Shown here: piece by piece, positions 1-9,057 of the stretch
How positions within the stretch are numbered: the first letter of the stretch is position 1
How the letters are laid out: the number at the start of each line of letters is the position of its first letter
IMG/VR virus record: IMGVR_UViG_3300028592_000004
Coordinates: 62,001-126,000 of that record
Reading direction: 5' to 3' (one strand)
Length of the DNA: 64,000 nt
The notes under the pieces: model-generated
Database searches by the model: none
What the model was told of the DNA's origin: nothing
Seen by the model: the letters and a program-made list of their open reading frames with translations, nothing else
Made by a program: the position numbers and the translations under genes

Positions 1-348
1 CTTGCGGCCGAAGATCGCGAACTCCAGACGCGGATCAACAGCGATCAGTTCGCCATCGACTGGAATCGCTGCACCAGACTTCGGCGCGCCGTACAGAGAC
101 TTGACCATGCGAGCCAGGAAGATCGGCGTCATGCCGAAGTTGATCGCCGTTGCGATTGCATTCGCCGCGGCCTGAACCAGCTGCAGGTCAGCTTCATCGT
201 CATTTGGCCCGTAGGTGGCAACGACAGCTTCCCTGCCGACTTCACCCTTCTCGTTCGTGTGGACCAGAAGTAGCGTCCGGTAGCCTTCGGCCTCCGGTCG
301 AATCAGGCTCGACCACCCCACCAGGTGCAGATTGGGCTGCTGCCGCAT
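1..348 (-). CDS. hypothetical protein, runs off the window edge
   Basis: Manually translated open frame from ATG 348 (MRQQPNLHLVGWSSLIRPEAEGYRTLLLVH...), AAGGAAG upstream, no stop before base 1. Confidence 0.6.
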   Translation of the reverse strand, partial: MRQQPNLHLVGWSSLIRPEAEGYRTLLLVHTNEKGEVGREAVVATYGPNDDEADLQLVQAAANAIATAINFGMTPIFLARMVKSLYGAPKSGAAIPVDGELIAVDPRLEFAIFGRK

Positions 349-646
349 CGATCGCTTCCTTAAAGGCCTGACGCATGTCTGCTGCGGTAGACTCAACGAG
401 TTCGATTGCCGCGTCGACATCCGCCAAGCATTTCTCTTGAATTCTCACGACGAGATCCTGAGTGGCCGCGTCACTCAGATTTGTAATGCGAATCGAAGTG
501 CCGCCAACGTCGATATCGGCGTACCGACCACTCGCCAGCTTCTTGAGCAAGTCCGGCAAGCGCATGCCGGTTGTGATCGCGACCTCCAGGCGCCGTGCGG
601 CAGAACACACGCTCTCCTGATGGACTTTGATGGATCGAATGTTCAT
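242..646 (-). CDS. hypothetical protein
   Basis: 134-aa ORF, start overlaps upstream stop (ATGA-type coupling). Confidence 0.6.
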   Translation of the reverse strand: MNIRSIKVHQESVCSAARRLEVAITTGMRLPDLLKKLASGRYADIDVGGTSIRITNLSDAATQDLVVRIQEKCLADVDAAIELVESTAADMRQAFKEAIDAAAAQSAPGGVVEPDSTGGRRLPDATSGPHEREG

Positions 647-1023
647 TTCTTAAACGCGAACCCCAGGTAGAACCGGAAACGACCATCGCTGGTCTCTTCG
701 ATGTCTCCAGAAAGGAAGATGTGGATGTGGTTCGGCTGAACACCAGCCGCCGCAACTTCGAAGGCGAGCTGCAGCGCCAAGGAAGCCGCGTACGCGATCG
801 CGTGCGTCGGCTTGTTCACCGACAGGTACTCGAACATCTGTGCAACCGCCATCGCTTCCGTGCGACAGTGGGTGATCGACGTCTGGGCATCAGCTTTGAT
901 CGGCGAAGCGGCGATATACCACGTGTCACCGGGTTTCTTTCGAATGAACCCAGCAGGTGTCTCGCGACGACCAATGGTCGCCACAATGTCCTCAAGCGGA
1001 ATCTCAGAGTGTGTGACTCTCAT
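643..1023 (-). CDS. hypothetical protein
   Basis: Likely start ATG 1023 (MRVTHSEIPL), tightly packed with neighbours. Confidence 0.6.
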   Translation of the reverse strand: MRVTHSEIPLEDIVATIGRRETPAGFIRKKPGDTWYIAASPIKADAQTSITHCRTEAMAVAQMFEYLSVNKPTHAIAYAASLALQLAFEVAAAGVQPNHIHIFLSGDIEETSDGRFRFYLGFAFKK

Positions 1024-1798
1024 GGTCTCGGAACGGGATGATGGAAGTGACAGGCTGCGGATCGACATGATCCGGGTAAAGACCCAGCGGCCTCTGACTG
1101 GTGCCGCGGCGACTGGCCGAGCTCTCCTTCTCAGGAGCCTCCAATGATGCGTTAAAACCAACGAGGTCGCGATTGATGCCGATCACCGCCGCACAGAGCT
1201 CTCCAACGGCGATGGAAAAAGCAATGTCGCCACCGCAGTGATCCAACTCCTTCCAGGGAAAGCCGAGCCGACGAACGATGTCCATTCGAGCGGCCCAGAA
1301 GGCACCTGGCATGAATCGAATCTTCGGACGTGCCAGGTCTCGACCGTTGTACCACGGCTGGGCGCGAATCCACGCAATCTGCTCTGGACGCAGCTGACGA
1401 TACAGGTACTCCCGACCAAGCAAGCCCACGTGCTCCATCTTGAACAGCGAGTTCAGATGTCGGATCAGAGGTCCAGCCTGGCGAACGAACGAGTCGTCAT
1501 CTGCCCAGATTACGAAGGGTGTGTCGATCGGATGATCGCCGTCAAACATGTACCGCATCAGTGGGTACTTGTGAGCATTTCGTCCGGAGTCGTAGATCTC
1601 TTCCGGCGTGAGTTGCTCAGCTCGGATCAACCCAGACAGGTAAGATCGTGTCGCGCCGCACGCTTCGTTGAGCCCGATACGCAGCTGAGCCCCGAGGAGT
1701 CGCAGCTTCAACAAAGAAGAAACGCACCGTACTGCATAGAGGGTGTTGTCCCCGTACAGTACGGTGCATGCAGTGTAGGCCTGGGCGTTGGGCTCCAT
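1004..1798 (-). CDS. GT-A fold glycosyltransferase-like protein
   Basis: IWADDDSF DxD-type motif; clearly paralogous to the C-terminal domain of 52389..54224. Confidence 0.65.
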   Translation of the reverse strand: MEPNAQAYTACTVLYGDNTLYAVRCVSSLLKLRLLGAQLRIGLNEACGATRSYLSGLIRAEQLTPEEIYDSGRNAHKYPLMRYMFDGDHPIDTPFVIWADDDSFVRQAGPLIRHLNSLFKMEHVGLLGREYLYRQLRPEQIAWIRAQPWYNGRDLARPKIRFMPGAFWAARMDIVRRLGFPWKELDHCGGDIAFSIAVGELCAAVIGINRDLVGFNASLEAPEKESSASRRGTSQRPLGLYPDHVDPQPVTSIIPFRDHESHTL

Positions 1799-2802
1799 TA
1801 CCGACGCCGCGCCACTTCCCGACGACCGGCCTTGGTCGCCTTTGCCGGCGCTTCGGCCTTCTCGCCTTCTTCGGCTTCCGCGGCGGGAGCCTCCGCCGGC
1901 TGCTCTTCGGCCTTCTCGTCGACGATCTTGCGACCGGCGTTGATCGCGTCAACGACACGCTCGCGGTCCGCGTCGATCTGCTCGGCCATCTTGTCGAGGT
2001 TCGTCTTCAGCTCTTCGAGCTGAGGCAGGGCCGCTTCGACGACTTCCGCTTCGACTTCTCCTTCACCGATCGAGGCGAGCGTCGGGAACAAGCTCGCTTC
2101 CCATACGTTCTGCCGCGAGGTGAGCCACTTCCCGGAGATCGTCGCCATGTTGCCGATGGCGTTGGCGAGGATCTTCGGCGACCGGCCGGCGTTCTGCGTC
2201 CGGTTGCTCCGGTTCCCGAGCGACTTCTGGATCGCCTTGGTCAGCTCGCGCCAGCCCCAGTTCTGCTGGATCGCCCGAGCTTCCAGGTCCTTCCGCATCT
2301 TCTCGTCCGGCACACCGGCGAGGAGACGGAAGTGCGACCAGGTCAGACCACCCTTGATCGCCAGTTCGACGTCCTTCTTCGCGTACAGGGCGTGGAACGC
2401 GACCGCCTTGCGGCAGGTGTCGGCGTTGAGCGCGAGGGCGGTCGCCATATCGGCCAGTCCGTTCCGCTCGTACCGCTTGAACATCGTCGACAGCTTGGCG
2501 CCGAGCTCGTACATCGCGAGCAGCTGGCTGCCCTCCTGCTCGCGAGTGATGTCGATGATCTCCTTGTACAGCGAGAAGGCGTCGAAGTCCTCCGTCTTGT
2601 ACTTGGCGAGCAGGATCCGCGCCGATTCGTCCTGGGCCTGCCGAGACTTGCTCTGCTTTTCGACCGCGGACTTGATGTCGGCCACCTTGCCATTCGACGC
2701 GGCCTTGGCCGGCAGTTTCTTCCCGGCAGCCTTGGACGGCGCTGCCTTCCCGGAAGCGGCCTTCTTGGCGGAGGCCTTCTTGTTGGGAGCTTTCGTAACC
2801 AT
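1798..2802 (-). CDS. DUF1016 N-terminal (YhcG-N)-like DNA-binding protein with Lys/Ala-rich histone-like N-tail
   Basis: LTWSHFRLLAGV...AIQQNWGWRELTKAI resembles the DUF1016_N signature LSWSHY..L...W..REL; N-terminus KAPNKKASAKKAASGKAAPSK. Confidence 0.6.
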   Translation of the reverse strand: MVTKAPNKKASAKKAASGKAAPSKAAGKKLPAKAASNGKVADIKSAVEKQSKSRQAQDESARILLAKYKTEDFDAFSLYKEIIDITREQEGSQLLAMYELGAKLSTMFKRYERNGLADMATALALNADTCRKAVAFHALYAKKDVELAIKGGLTWSHFRLLAGVPDEKMRKDLEARAIQQNWGWRELTKAIQKSLGNRSNRTQNAGRSPKILANAIGNMATISGKWLTSRQNVWEASLFPTLASIGEGEVEAEVVEAALPQLEELKTNLDKMAEQIDADRERVVDAINAGRKIVDEKAEEQPAEAPAAEAEEGEKAEAPAKATKAGRREVARRR

Positions 2803-2807
2803 GAGAG

Positions 2808-3974
2808 TCAGCTTTCTACTACGAGGGAGGGTGGAACGAAGATGCGGCCGGTCAGAAGCCTGTAGGCGACCTGCTCAACATCCTCTCTTAGCTGGACGGG
2901 CAGCTCCACAGCAACGTGCATTGCTGCGGTGTATAGGTCAAACACAGTCCTGGATGCAACAGATCCCTTGCCAACATACGTCGGCAGCCGGGTCTGGTAG
3001 TTGTAGCTTCCGAAGTGCATGGCGGTCGCCACGATCTGATCACTGATCTCTTTCGTGATGCGACCAGTCTTGTAGAGCAGGCGAGAAATGGACTCCGCGC
3101 GCTCGGCCCTCTGATCGTCTTTTGCCGACAAGCCGAGGTTCTGCCCACGAAGGCGGTTGAGCCAGTCACCGGCCTTCGCCAGCCGCTCATAGTGCATGAA
3201 CGCTCGCTTGAACATGTTCGTCACGTTCCGGCGGAAGTCCTTCGACGTGTGCCGGACCTTTCCAGCGGAGCGGAGGGCTCCACAGGCTGAGGACGAATCG
3301 TAGAGACGATACAGCATGACACCGCCACGGACAGACTCACCAGCGCTGGAGCTATTCGAAAAGTAGAACCCGGGCTGGAAGACGTCAACGATCCGGGATG
3401 GCGCGGGGACTTCGCCAACAACCTCGTCGGCAACGTACTTGAGGGCCATACGGCGCCCAGCCAGCTCAGCCTCCAGAAGGCGAACAGGCGGACGAGCCGT
3501 CGAAAGGGAGCTACGAGCCCAGTCGAACAGGTCGCCGTTCTCGACGTAGACAGTCCGGGGTCCGAGGATTCCGTCAATGACCTTGGCTTTGACATCCCGG
3601 ATCGCAGAAAGCCGGTTGAGGACTCGGTTGCGAGCTCGAAGCCCGATCACCTCGTTGAACATCCGGATCGCGAGCGAGTACGAGAAGTCAGATATCGGCT
3701 GATCGGGCGTACGGAACACGCCGGAAAGATCCAGGAGCGTATTCTGCAGGCCGCGACAGGCAAAGGCACACAGCTGTCGAAACGCAAGCTGCGAGAAGCG
3801 GTAGCCGTGTGGCAGGAAGCCCTGGTTGTCGAGGGTGACCAGGGACAGGGAGTGGATCGGTTCGACCCGTGTCTTGGCCTTGGACTCTGCCAAGGCCTCG
3901 ATCAGTTCCTTCTCCTGTCCGGTCCCGAATCGTCGGAATTCCGGCTGCACGAACAGTGTCGGCTTGCCCATCAA
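2808..3974 (-). CDS. DUF932-like protein
   Basis: AFRQLC, IDGILG..YVENGDL and GFYFSNS..GESVRGGVMLYRL resemble DUF932 family motifs. Confidence 0.5.
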   Translation of the reverse strand: MMGKPTLFVQPEFRRFGTGQEKELIEALAESKAKTRVEPIHSLSLVTLDNQGFLPHGYRFSQLAFRQLCAFACRGLQNTLLDLSGVFRTPDQPISDFSYSLAIRMFNEVIGLRARNRVLNRLSAIRDVKAKVIDGILGPRTVYVENGDLFDWARSSLSTARPPVRLLEAELAGRRMALKYVADEVVGEVPAPSRIVDVFQPGFYFSNSSSAGESVRGGVMLYRLYDSSSACGALRSAGKVRHTSKDFRRNVTNMFKRAFMHYERLAKAGDWLNRLRGQNLGLSAKDDQRAERAESISRLLYKTGRITKEISDQIVATAMHFGSYNYQTRLPTYVGKGSVASRTVFDLYTAAMHVAVELPVQLREDVEQVAYRLLTGRIFVPPSLVVES

Positions 3975-3975
3975 T

Positions 3976-3993
3976 TCAATTCCCGCGTTTTGA
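3976..3993. promoter_or_regulatory. 18-bp palindromic operator-like motif
   Basis: TCAATTCCCGCGTTTTGA (16/18), immediately before the DUF932-like gene. Confidence 0.65.
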
Positions 3994-4578
3994 TTAGCAG
4001 TGTGCCTCCACGAAGGATTCTAGAGTCTCGATCGTGTAAATCGAGGTGAGATTGCCGACTTTGAGGGGCCGCACGAACATCGGCGCGCGGACCGAGAAGT
4101 CGACGTGCGAGTCGTGCAGGACGACAAACTTCGAAATCCGCGGCCAGTTGAAGACCATCGCCATCGACCCGTCCGGCTGCAGATTCCGCTGCAGTTCAGC
4201 ATAGGCCCTGAAGATCTTCGTCTTCGTAAACCGCTTGAAGAGGTCGCTCAGGTCGAGATCCGACAGGTGCCAGAGTTTGGCAATCCCCAGCGTCACCGGA
4301 AATTCGAAGTACTGGTGGAACCAAGCACAGGAGAGCTTCGGCTTCCGCTGCCCGGTCGCTTCCTGCAAAGCCTCAAACAGAGGCTTCAGATCACCCTGCC
4401 GGCCGAGCTTCGCGATGACCGATCTGACGACAGCATCTTCGTAGGTGTTCGACCGCTCGACGATCGTGTCCTGCCAGACGGTGTCTAAACGATCGAAGGC
4501 GTGCCGGGCGGGATCCGCTTTACGCGGTTCCATGTCCGGACGCCTTCGTTGGATGAGCCGACGTCGTGCGTCAGTCAC
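3994..4578 (-). CDS. hypothetical protein
   Basis: 194-aa ORF coupled to recA stop. Confidence 0.65.
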   Translation of the reverse strand: MTDARRRLIQRRRPDMEPRKADPARHAFDRLDTVWQDTIVERSNTYEDAVVRSVIAKLGRQGDLKPLFEALQEATGQRKPKLSCAWFHQYFEFPVTLGIAKLWHLSDLDLSDLFKRFTKTKIFRAYAELQRNLQPDGSMAMVFNWPRISKFVVLHDSHVDFSVRAPMFVRPLKVGNLTSIYTIETLESFVEAHC

Positions 4579-6097
4579 TGTAGTCCTTCAGTTCTGCTTC
4601 GGAGACTTGACGGTTCGGAACGGCGTCCATCGCAGCGTCAACGTCGCCCTCGAAGTTGTCCGCCACGCTAGAATTGCCGACCAGAGCGCGATCCGTCTCA
4701 GCCATGTAGTAAGGCTTGTTGCGACCCTTCTCCAATCGCTTCAGCATCTTGTCGAAGTCGACTCCGGGTTCGTACGGACAGTACCGCGAGATCATGAACA
4801 GAGGATAGAGCTGATCCAGAAGATCAGGCCGATTCTCCAGCATGTTTCCCGCCACCGAGTACTTCACCGGGTGCGTCTTCGGAATGCCCAGCGCCTTGGA
4901 CCAGATCGTCTTCTGATTCGCGGGGTGCAGGTCGACAACGTCCTGAATCTGTTTCCACAGCGTCTTGTTAAACGTCTGCGTATGGAGCAGGATATCGATC
5001 GTCGCCTGATCCCAGTCCCAGTACGTCTGCTGACGGAACACCCCAGGCGAGTACTCGTAGGACCGCCACTTCATCTCAGCCTCGATCGACCGCTTGGACG
5101 GCGCGAGGCTGTTTTTGATGATCTGGAACTTGATGCGAACACCGCCGAACTGGTTCGTGTCGACGTCTTTCACGCGGACCATCTTCACCCGCAGTGACGC
5201 CATAAACTTCATGGCCTTGCCGCCCGGAACATTGTCCTGCGGCCGGCCGGCCGCGTCTGTGCCAGGCTTGAGGTGGTTCGTTGCAATGAACGACCAGGGC
5301 TTCTGCCGCATCCGGTCAGGCAACGTCTTGCAGTACTTTGAAATCTTGTAGGCCTCGATCGCGAACCCGCGATCGGCGTTTCCAGTGCTGTTGATCTTGT
5401 CGATGGTTTCTTCGTCAGCGGTGGCGGTGAGGCTGTCCAGCCCGAGACAGTACGGAAACAGCTTTCCGTGCTTGGCTTGAACGTCGGTGATCTGGTTCGT
5501 CCAGAACGTAATCGCCTTCTGCCAGTCCTGCAGCGAGTTAGTCGGATGCGACTTGACCCGCTTCGCAAATCGCGGATTTGCCAGCAGCGACTTCATCAGG
5601 ATCGCTGCATCCTTGTTCTCATTCTCAACGAGCGTGATCAGGGCTTCCTGGGCAGCATGCCACCGCATGATCTCGAACAGGAAGCTCGACTTGCAGGAGC
5701 CTTCCTGACCGAACAGTTCGGTGATGCGGCCCAACACCCACACGGTCATGCCGAAGAGGTACGACAGAGCGAACGACGGGAACGGGATCCCGACGATCCG
5801 CTTATCCATGTCGTCAGCACTGACGATGTCATCGCTGCCGGTCTCCTGGGCAACCTTCGCAACGATGGCGTCGATCAGGGTGTCAGAGAGAAACGCCTTC
5901 GGATCACTTCCCTTTTTCGTCCGGGCCTTGCCCTTCGCCGGCTTGGCATCTGCGTCGTCATCAGAAGCGGACGGATTGATCGGCCGGCGCTGCCTTTTCG
6001 GCGGTTGCCGAACAGGTGCTGCAACGTCTTCTTCGTCTTCGTCATCATCCTCGATGGCTGCGACAATTCGGTTGCGGTTTGTGCTTCGTGCAGTCAT
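4571..6097 (-). CDS. recA: RecA/UvsX-like recombinase
   Basis: GRITELFGQEGSCKS (Walker A), LGLDSLTA (Walker B), FIATNHLK, PGGKAMKFMASLRV; acidic N-terminal extension; start ATG 6097 or GTG 6109. Confidence 0.9.
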   Translation of the reverse strand: MTARSTNRNRIVAAIEDDDEDEEDVAAPVRQPPKRQRRPINPSASDDDADAKPAKGKARTKKGSDPKAFLSDTLIDAIVAKVAQETGSDDIVSADDMDKRIVGIPFPSFALSYLFGMTVWVLGRITELFGQEGSCKSSFLFEIMRWHAAQEALITLVENENKDAAILMKSLLANPRFAKRVKSHPTNSLQDWQKAITFWTNQITDVQAKHGKLFPYCLGLDSLTATADEETIDKINSTGNADRGFAIEAYKISKYCKTLPDRMRQKPWSFIATNHLKPGTDAAGRPQDNVPGGKAMKFMASLRVKMVRVKDVDTNQFGGVRIKFQIIKNSLAPSKRSIEAEMKWRSYEYSPGVFRQQTYWDWDQATIDILLHTQTFNKTLWKQIQDVVDLHPANQKTIWSKALGIPKTHPVKYSVAGNMLENRPDLLDQLYPLFMISRYCPYEPGVDFDKMLKRLEKGRNKPYYMAETDRALVGNSSVADNFEGDVDAAMDAVPNRQVSEAELKDYSD

Positions 6098-6111
6098 GCG
6101 CGTGCTCACAG

Positions 6112-6144
6112 AAAAGAAGCCCGGACCACAAGGATCCGGGCTTC
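6112..6144 (-). terminator. intrinsic terminator-like hairpin after the SSB-like gene
   Basis: Minus strand GAAGCCCGGA-9nt-TCCGGGCTTC followed by TTTT. Confidence 0.75.
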
Positions 6145-6168
6145 GGGTTCAGAACAGTATCGGACCGG

Positions 6169-7758
6169 CTACTTCTTCTTCTTGCCGGCCGCGGAACGGA
6201 GACTGCGGAGCTTGTCGAGGGTCGACGACTTCTTCGGTTCGTCGTCCTCTTCATCGTCCGGAACGGTCAGGTCCTTGCGGTTGCGCGGACTCTTCGGATT
6301 GCGTGGCCCCTTGGGCTTCGCCGCTTCACCGTCCTCTTCCTCCTCATCATCCTCCTGGTCGTCTTCTTCGTCACGAGCCTTCGAGCGAGACGAATTGGAA
6401 GACTTGCGGCCCTTGGGAGCCTCGTCTTCCTCATCGTCTTCTTCGTCCTCCTCGTACTTCTCGACGCTCAGGTCCTTCTTGCTACGGCTGCGAGTCCGGT
6501 CGTCGTCTTCGTCGCCGTCCTCGTCCTCACGATCCTCCTGATCTTCGTCGTCCTCGTCATCCTTCTGACCTTTCCGCCAGCCAGAGGAGACGGCACCGCG
6601 ACCTTCCCGTGCGTCGTCCGAGTCGTGCTCAGGGATCCACTCGGGGTGGTCCCGCCAGCAGTACTCCATCAGATTGAACGGAATGCCGCGGCCTTGGAGC
6701 AGCTTGGCCTGCTCTTCCAGGGTCGGGAAGAGGAAGACCTGATCCCAGGGAACGACCTTCTTCTGCAGCTTCTCGCGGATCTCGCCCTTCGGGATCACCG
6801 CCGACATGTCGTTGAACTCGCGCTCAGCGAACAGGTCGAAGCCCTTCCGATCGTTCCCGCCCTTGTCGGCGCCGGCCTGTCGCGAACCACCGCTCATCGA
6901 GCGGGACCGCTGACGTTCACGGCCGCGTTCCGCCAGCACACGGGGATCGTGTCCGACCGGGAAGAACCGCAGGAACAACCCGCGAGCCCAGCTGATCGGG
7001 TCACGACCGATCTTGTGCCAGTTGATCGGATCGTCCGGGTCCAGCTTGTGCTTGACCATCTCCTCCTCGGTCCAACGCTCTTCGAACAGATTCATCATCT
7101 GCACGCCAGCGTCGGCACCCAGGTCGATCAGCGGAATCCGCTTGTCCTCGTCCGCGAGGCCCTTGGGGACCTCCATCGTCTTCGAGCCGTGCTCGAACAC
7201 GAGGGCCTGGATGAAGCTGATCTTCTTCGGCGGAATGATGATCGCACCGGACTGATCGCCACGTTCGAGGAGTCCGGCCCAGCCGCGCTTCTCCTTCTTG
7301 TTCTTGATGGCGTTCTTCAGTCCGGCGTACAACAGGCCACCGGGCGACTCGGCGTAGGCGAAGTCCTTGCCCTTGTTCTCGTTCCCGTCTTCGAGCGGAT
7401 CGAAGATCAGGTACGTGATTCCGTTCTTGCCACCAATCCCGCGCATCGCCCAGTACGAGCGAATGAAGTCACCGAAGTCTTCTTCGTCAGGGAGGAGGAA
7501 CGGATCCCACTTCGGGAGATCGCTGCCCTCTTCGTAGTCGACGTTGTAGTTCGGCAGAACGCGGAGCGTGGTGGTAGACGCTTCTCCTTCCTTGAAGGTG
7601 AACGAGAGCTTGCTCGGTTCAACGAGCTTCTCGTCACAGAAATGGTTGCCCCGATAGGATCCGTATCCTTCGGTTTGGCCGTGCTCACCGTGACGGTAGC
7701 GACGACCCTTCTTTTGTTGACCGGACTTGGGTTGAGACCGGCCAGAAAGCCTACTCAT
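6169..7758 (-). CDS. probable single-stranded DNA-binding protein (gp32-like) with very long acidic tail
   Basis: TLRVLP motif, position next to recA, D/E-rich C-terminus. Confidence 0.5.
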   Translation of the reverse strand: MSRLSGRSQPKSGQQKKGRRYRHGEHGQTEGYGSYRGNHFCDEKLVEPSKLSFTFKEGEASTTTLRVLPNYNVDYEEGSDLPKWDPFLLPDEEDFGDFIRSYWAMRGIGGKNGITYLIFDPLEDGNENKGKDFAYAESPGGLLYAGLKNAIKNKKEKRGWAGLLERGDQSGAIIIPPKKISFIQALVFEHGSKTMEVPKGLADEDKRIPLIDLGADAGVQMMNLFEERWTEEEMVKHKLDPDDPINWHKIGRDPISWARGLFLRFFPVGHDPRVLAERGRERQRSRSMSGGSRQAGADKGGNDRKGFDLFAEREFNDMSAVIPKGEIREKLQKKVVPWDQVFLFPTLEEQAKLLQGRGIPFNLMEYCWRDHPEWIPEHDSDDAREGRGAVSSGWRKGQKDDEDDEDQEDREDEDGDEDDDRTRSRSKKDLSVEKYEEDEEDDEEDEAPKGRKSSNSSRSKARDEEDDQEDDEEEEDGEAAKPKGPRNPKSPRNRKDLTVPDDEEDDEPKKSSTLDKLRSLRSAAGKKKK

Positions 7759-7839
7759 TTAGAGGGTCCTTCTGAGTGGTGCCAGCAAAGAAATGCCAGC
7801 AGGAAAGGTACTGGATTGAGGGTATTTTCTCAACGCCAG

Positions 7840-8361
7840 TTAGAGGCCGTTCTGAGCCACAAACACACCCAAACGACGCTCAAAATCGTCGGTGGAGGTG
7901 TGGTTCAGAATGACGTCCAAGACGATCTCTTTCTGGCTCCGCGCAATCGCATAGGCGCAGAAGTTGAGATCGAACTTGAGGGTTGGATCGTTGGGAACAT
8001 CCCGCTCAATCCAGACGATCCGATCGACAAGGTGATTATCGCAAGCAGCGACAATCTCCTGAGCATCGCGCAGGCCGGCGACCAGATTTCCATTCGCCAA
8101 CGCTTCGCGGAGGAGGACTCCAGGGTCGTGAGCACGTAACTCATTACCCGTCTCGTACCAGAGCATCTTGTACTCGTGACGGACGCGATACGCCTCTTCG
8201 GTCGTAAGGCCCTGGCGCCTCGCTACGTGGGGACACAGATAGAGACTGGTTGTCCCTCCGTACTTCAGCCGCCCGGCAGTCAGCCGGGGCAGAATCTCAC
8301 CAGCGGTATCCTTACCGCACCGACTGGGTCCGACCAGCAGGATCTTCTGAGACATGATCAC
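7840..8361 (-). CDS. deoxynucleoside monophosphate kinase-like P-loop protein
   Basis: ILLVGPSRCGKDTA P-loop, VAGLRDAQE. Confidence 0.7.
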   Translation of the reverse strand: MIMSQKILLVGPSRCGKDTAGEILPRLTAGRLKYGGTTSLYLCPHVARRQGLTTEEAYRVRHEYKMLWYETGNELRAHDPGVLLREALANGNLVAGLRDAQEIVAACDNHLVDRIVWIERDVPNDPTLKFDLNFCAYAIARSQKEIVLDVILNHTSTDDFERRLGVFVAQNGL

Positions 8362-9056
8362 TCCACGTCGAGGCTTCGAGCCCCGACAACGACTTCTTGA
8401 TTGAGTTGGTTTTCGAGATAGCGGACTTGGGCAGTTGTCGTCCTGAGTTCGTCCAGCAGGGCGCTGGAGAGACGACCCGGGTTCTCCTTGGTATAGGTCA
8501 TCCCGCCAGAGAAGAGCTCACGTTGGACGTAGAGCATAGCCTCTGCCGGATTTGGGAACTTCAACTGCCTCGTCTCAGGGCGAAAGTCATTCGAGTCGGC
8601 TGGTATGCACAGACCTACCCCAAAGGCTTTCGACCCGGGCTCTCCCTGGTAGTTCGGGATCGCCCAGACGATCACCCGCACACTGACCGGCTCCGAACCT
8701 TCAGCACTGAGGTAGCCAGTCAGCATCCGGTTACCCGACTTCGTCGGACCCCACCGAATGAGCCATCCCAGCTCTTCATCGGTGGGTCGACGATGCAGGA
8801 CCTCACCCCAGTACCGCCTGGGCGAACTCACTGGAGCACTGAGAACGCGCACCGTGAACTCGTCCATCTCATCATCAAAATTGCTCATCTCCTTTCGACG
8901 TGCGAGAGCAGCTGCGCTGTCATCGCGGGACAGAATGTCACTGAGACGGTATCGCTTCTTCTTCTTGCCATCCGGCTCAGGTTTCGGCCGACGCGACTCT
9001 TCTACGCGCCGTCTCAATTCGCGTAGTTCTTTCACTTTGTCACTTCGACTGGCCAT
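8358..9056 (-). CDS. hypothetical protein
   Basis: Start MASRSDK at 9056, immediately after polymerase stop. Confidence 0.65.
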   Translation of the reverse strand: MASRSDKVKELRELRRRVEESRRPKPEPDGKKKKRYRLSDILSRDDSAAALARRKEMSNFDDEMDEFTVRVLSAPVSSPRRYWGEVLHRRPTDEELGWLIRWGPTKSGNRMLTGYLSAEGSEPVSVRVIVWAIPNYQGEPGSKAFGVGLCIPADSNDFRPETRQLKFPNPAEAMLYVQRELFSGGMTYTKENPGRLSSALLDELRTTTAQVRYLENQLNQEVVVGARSLDVE

Positions 9057-9057
9057 C

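Noticed and set aside
3994-4578. Holliday junction resolvase next to recA
   Set aside because: Position is suggestive but no RuvC, RusA or PD-(D/E)xK catalytic motif is recognisable
6016-8139. Long plus-strand ORFs (also 11206-13284, 14318-15991, 53052-55208 and others)
   Set aside because: Antisense shadows of well-supported minus-strand genes, expected from high GC and codon bias; no motifs
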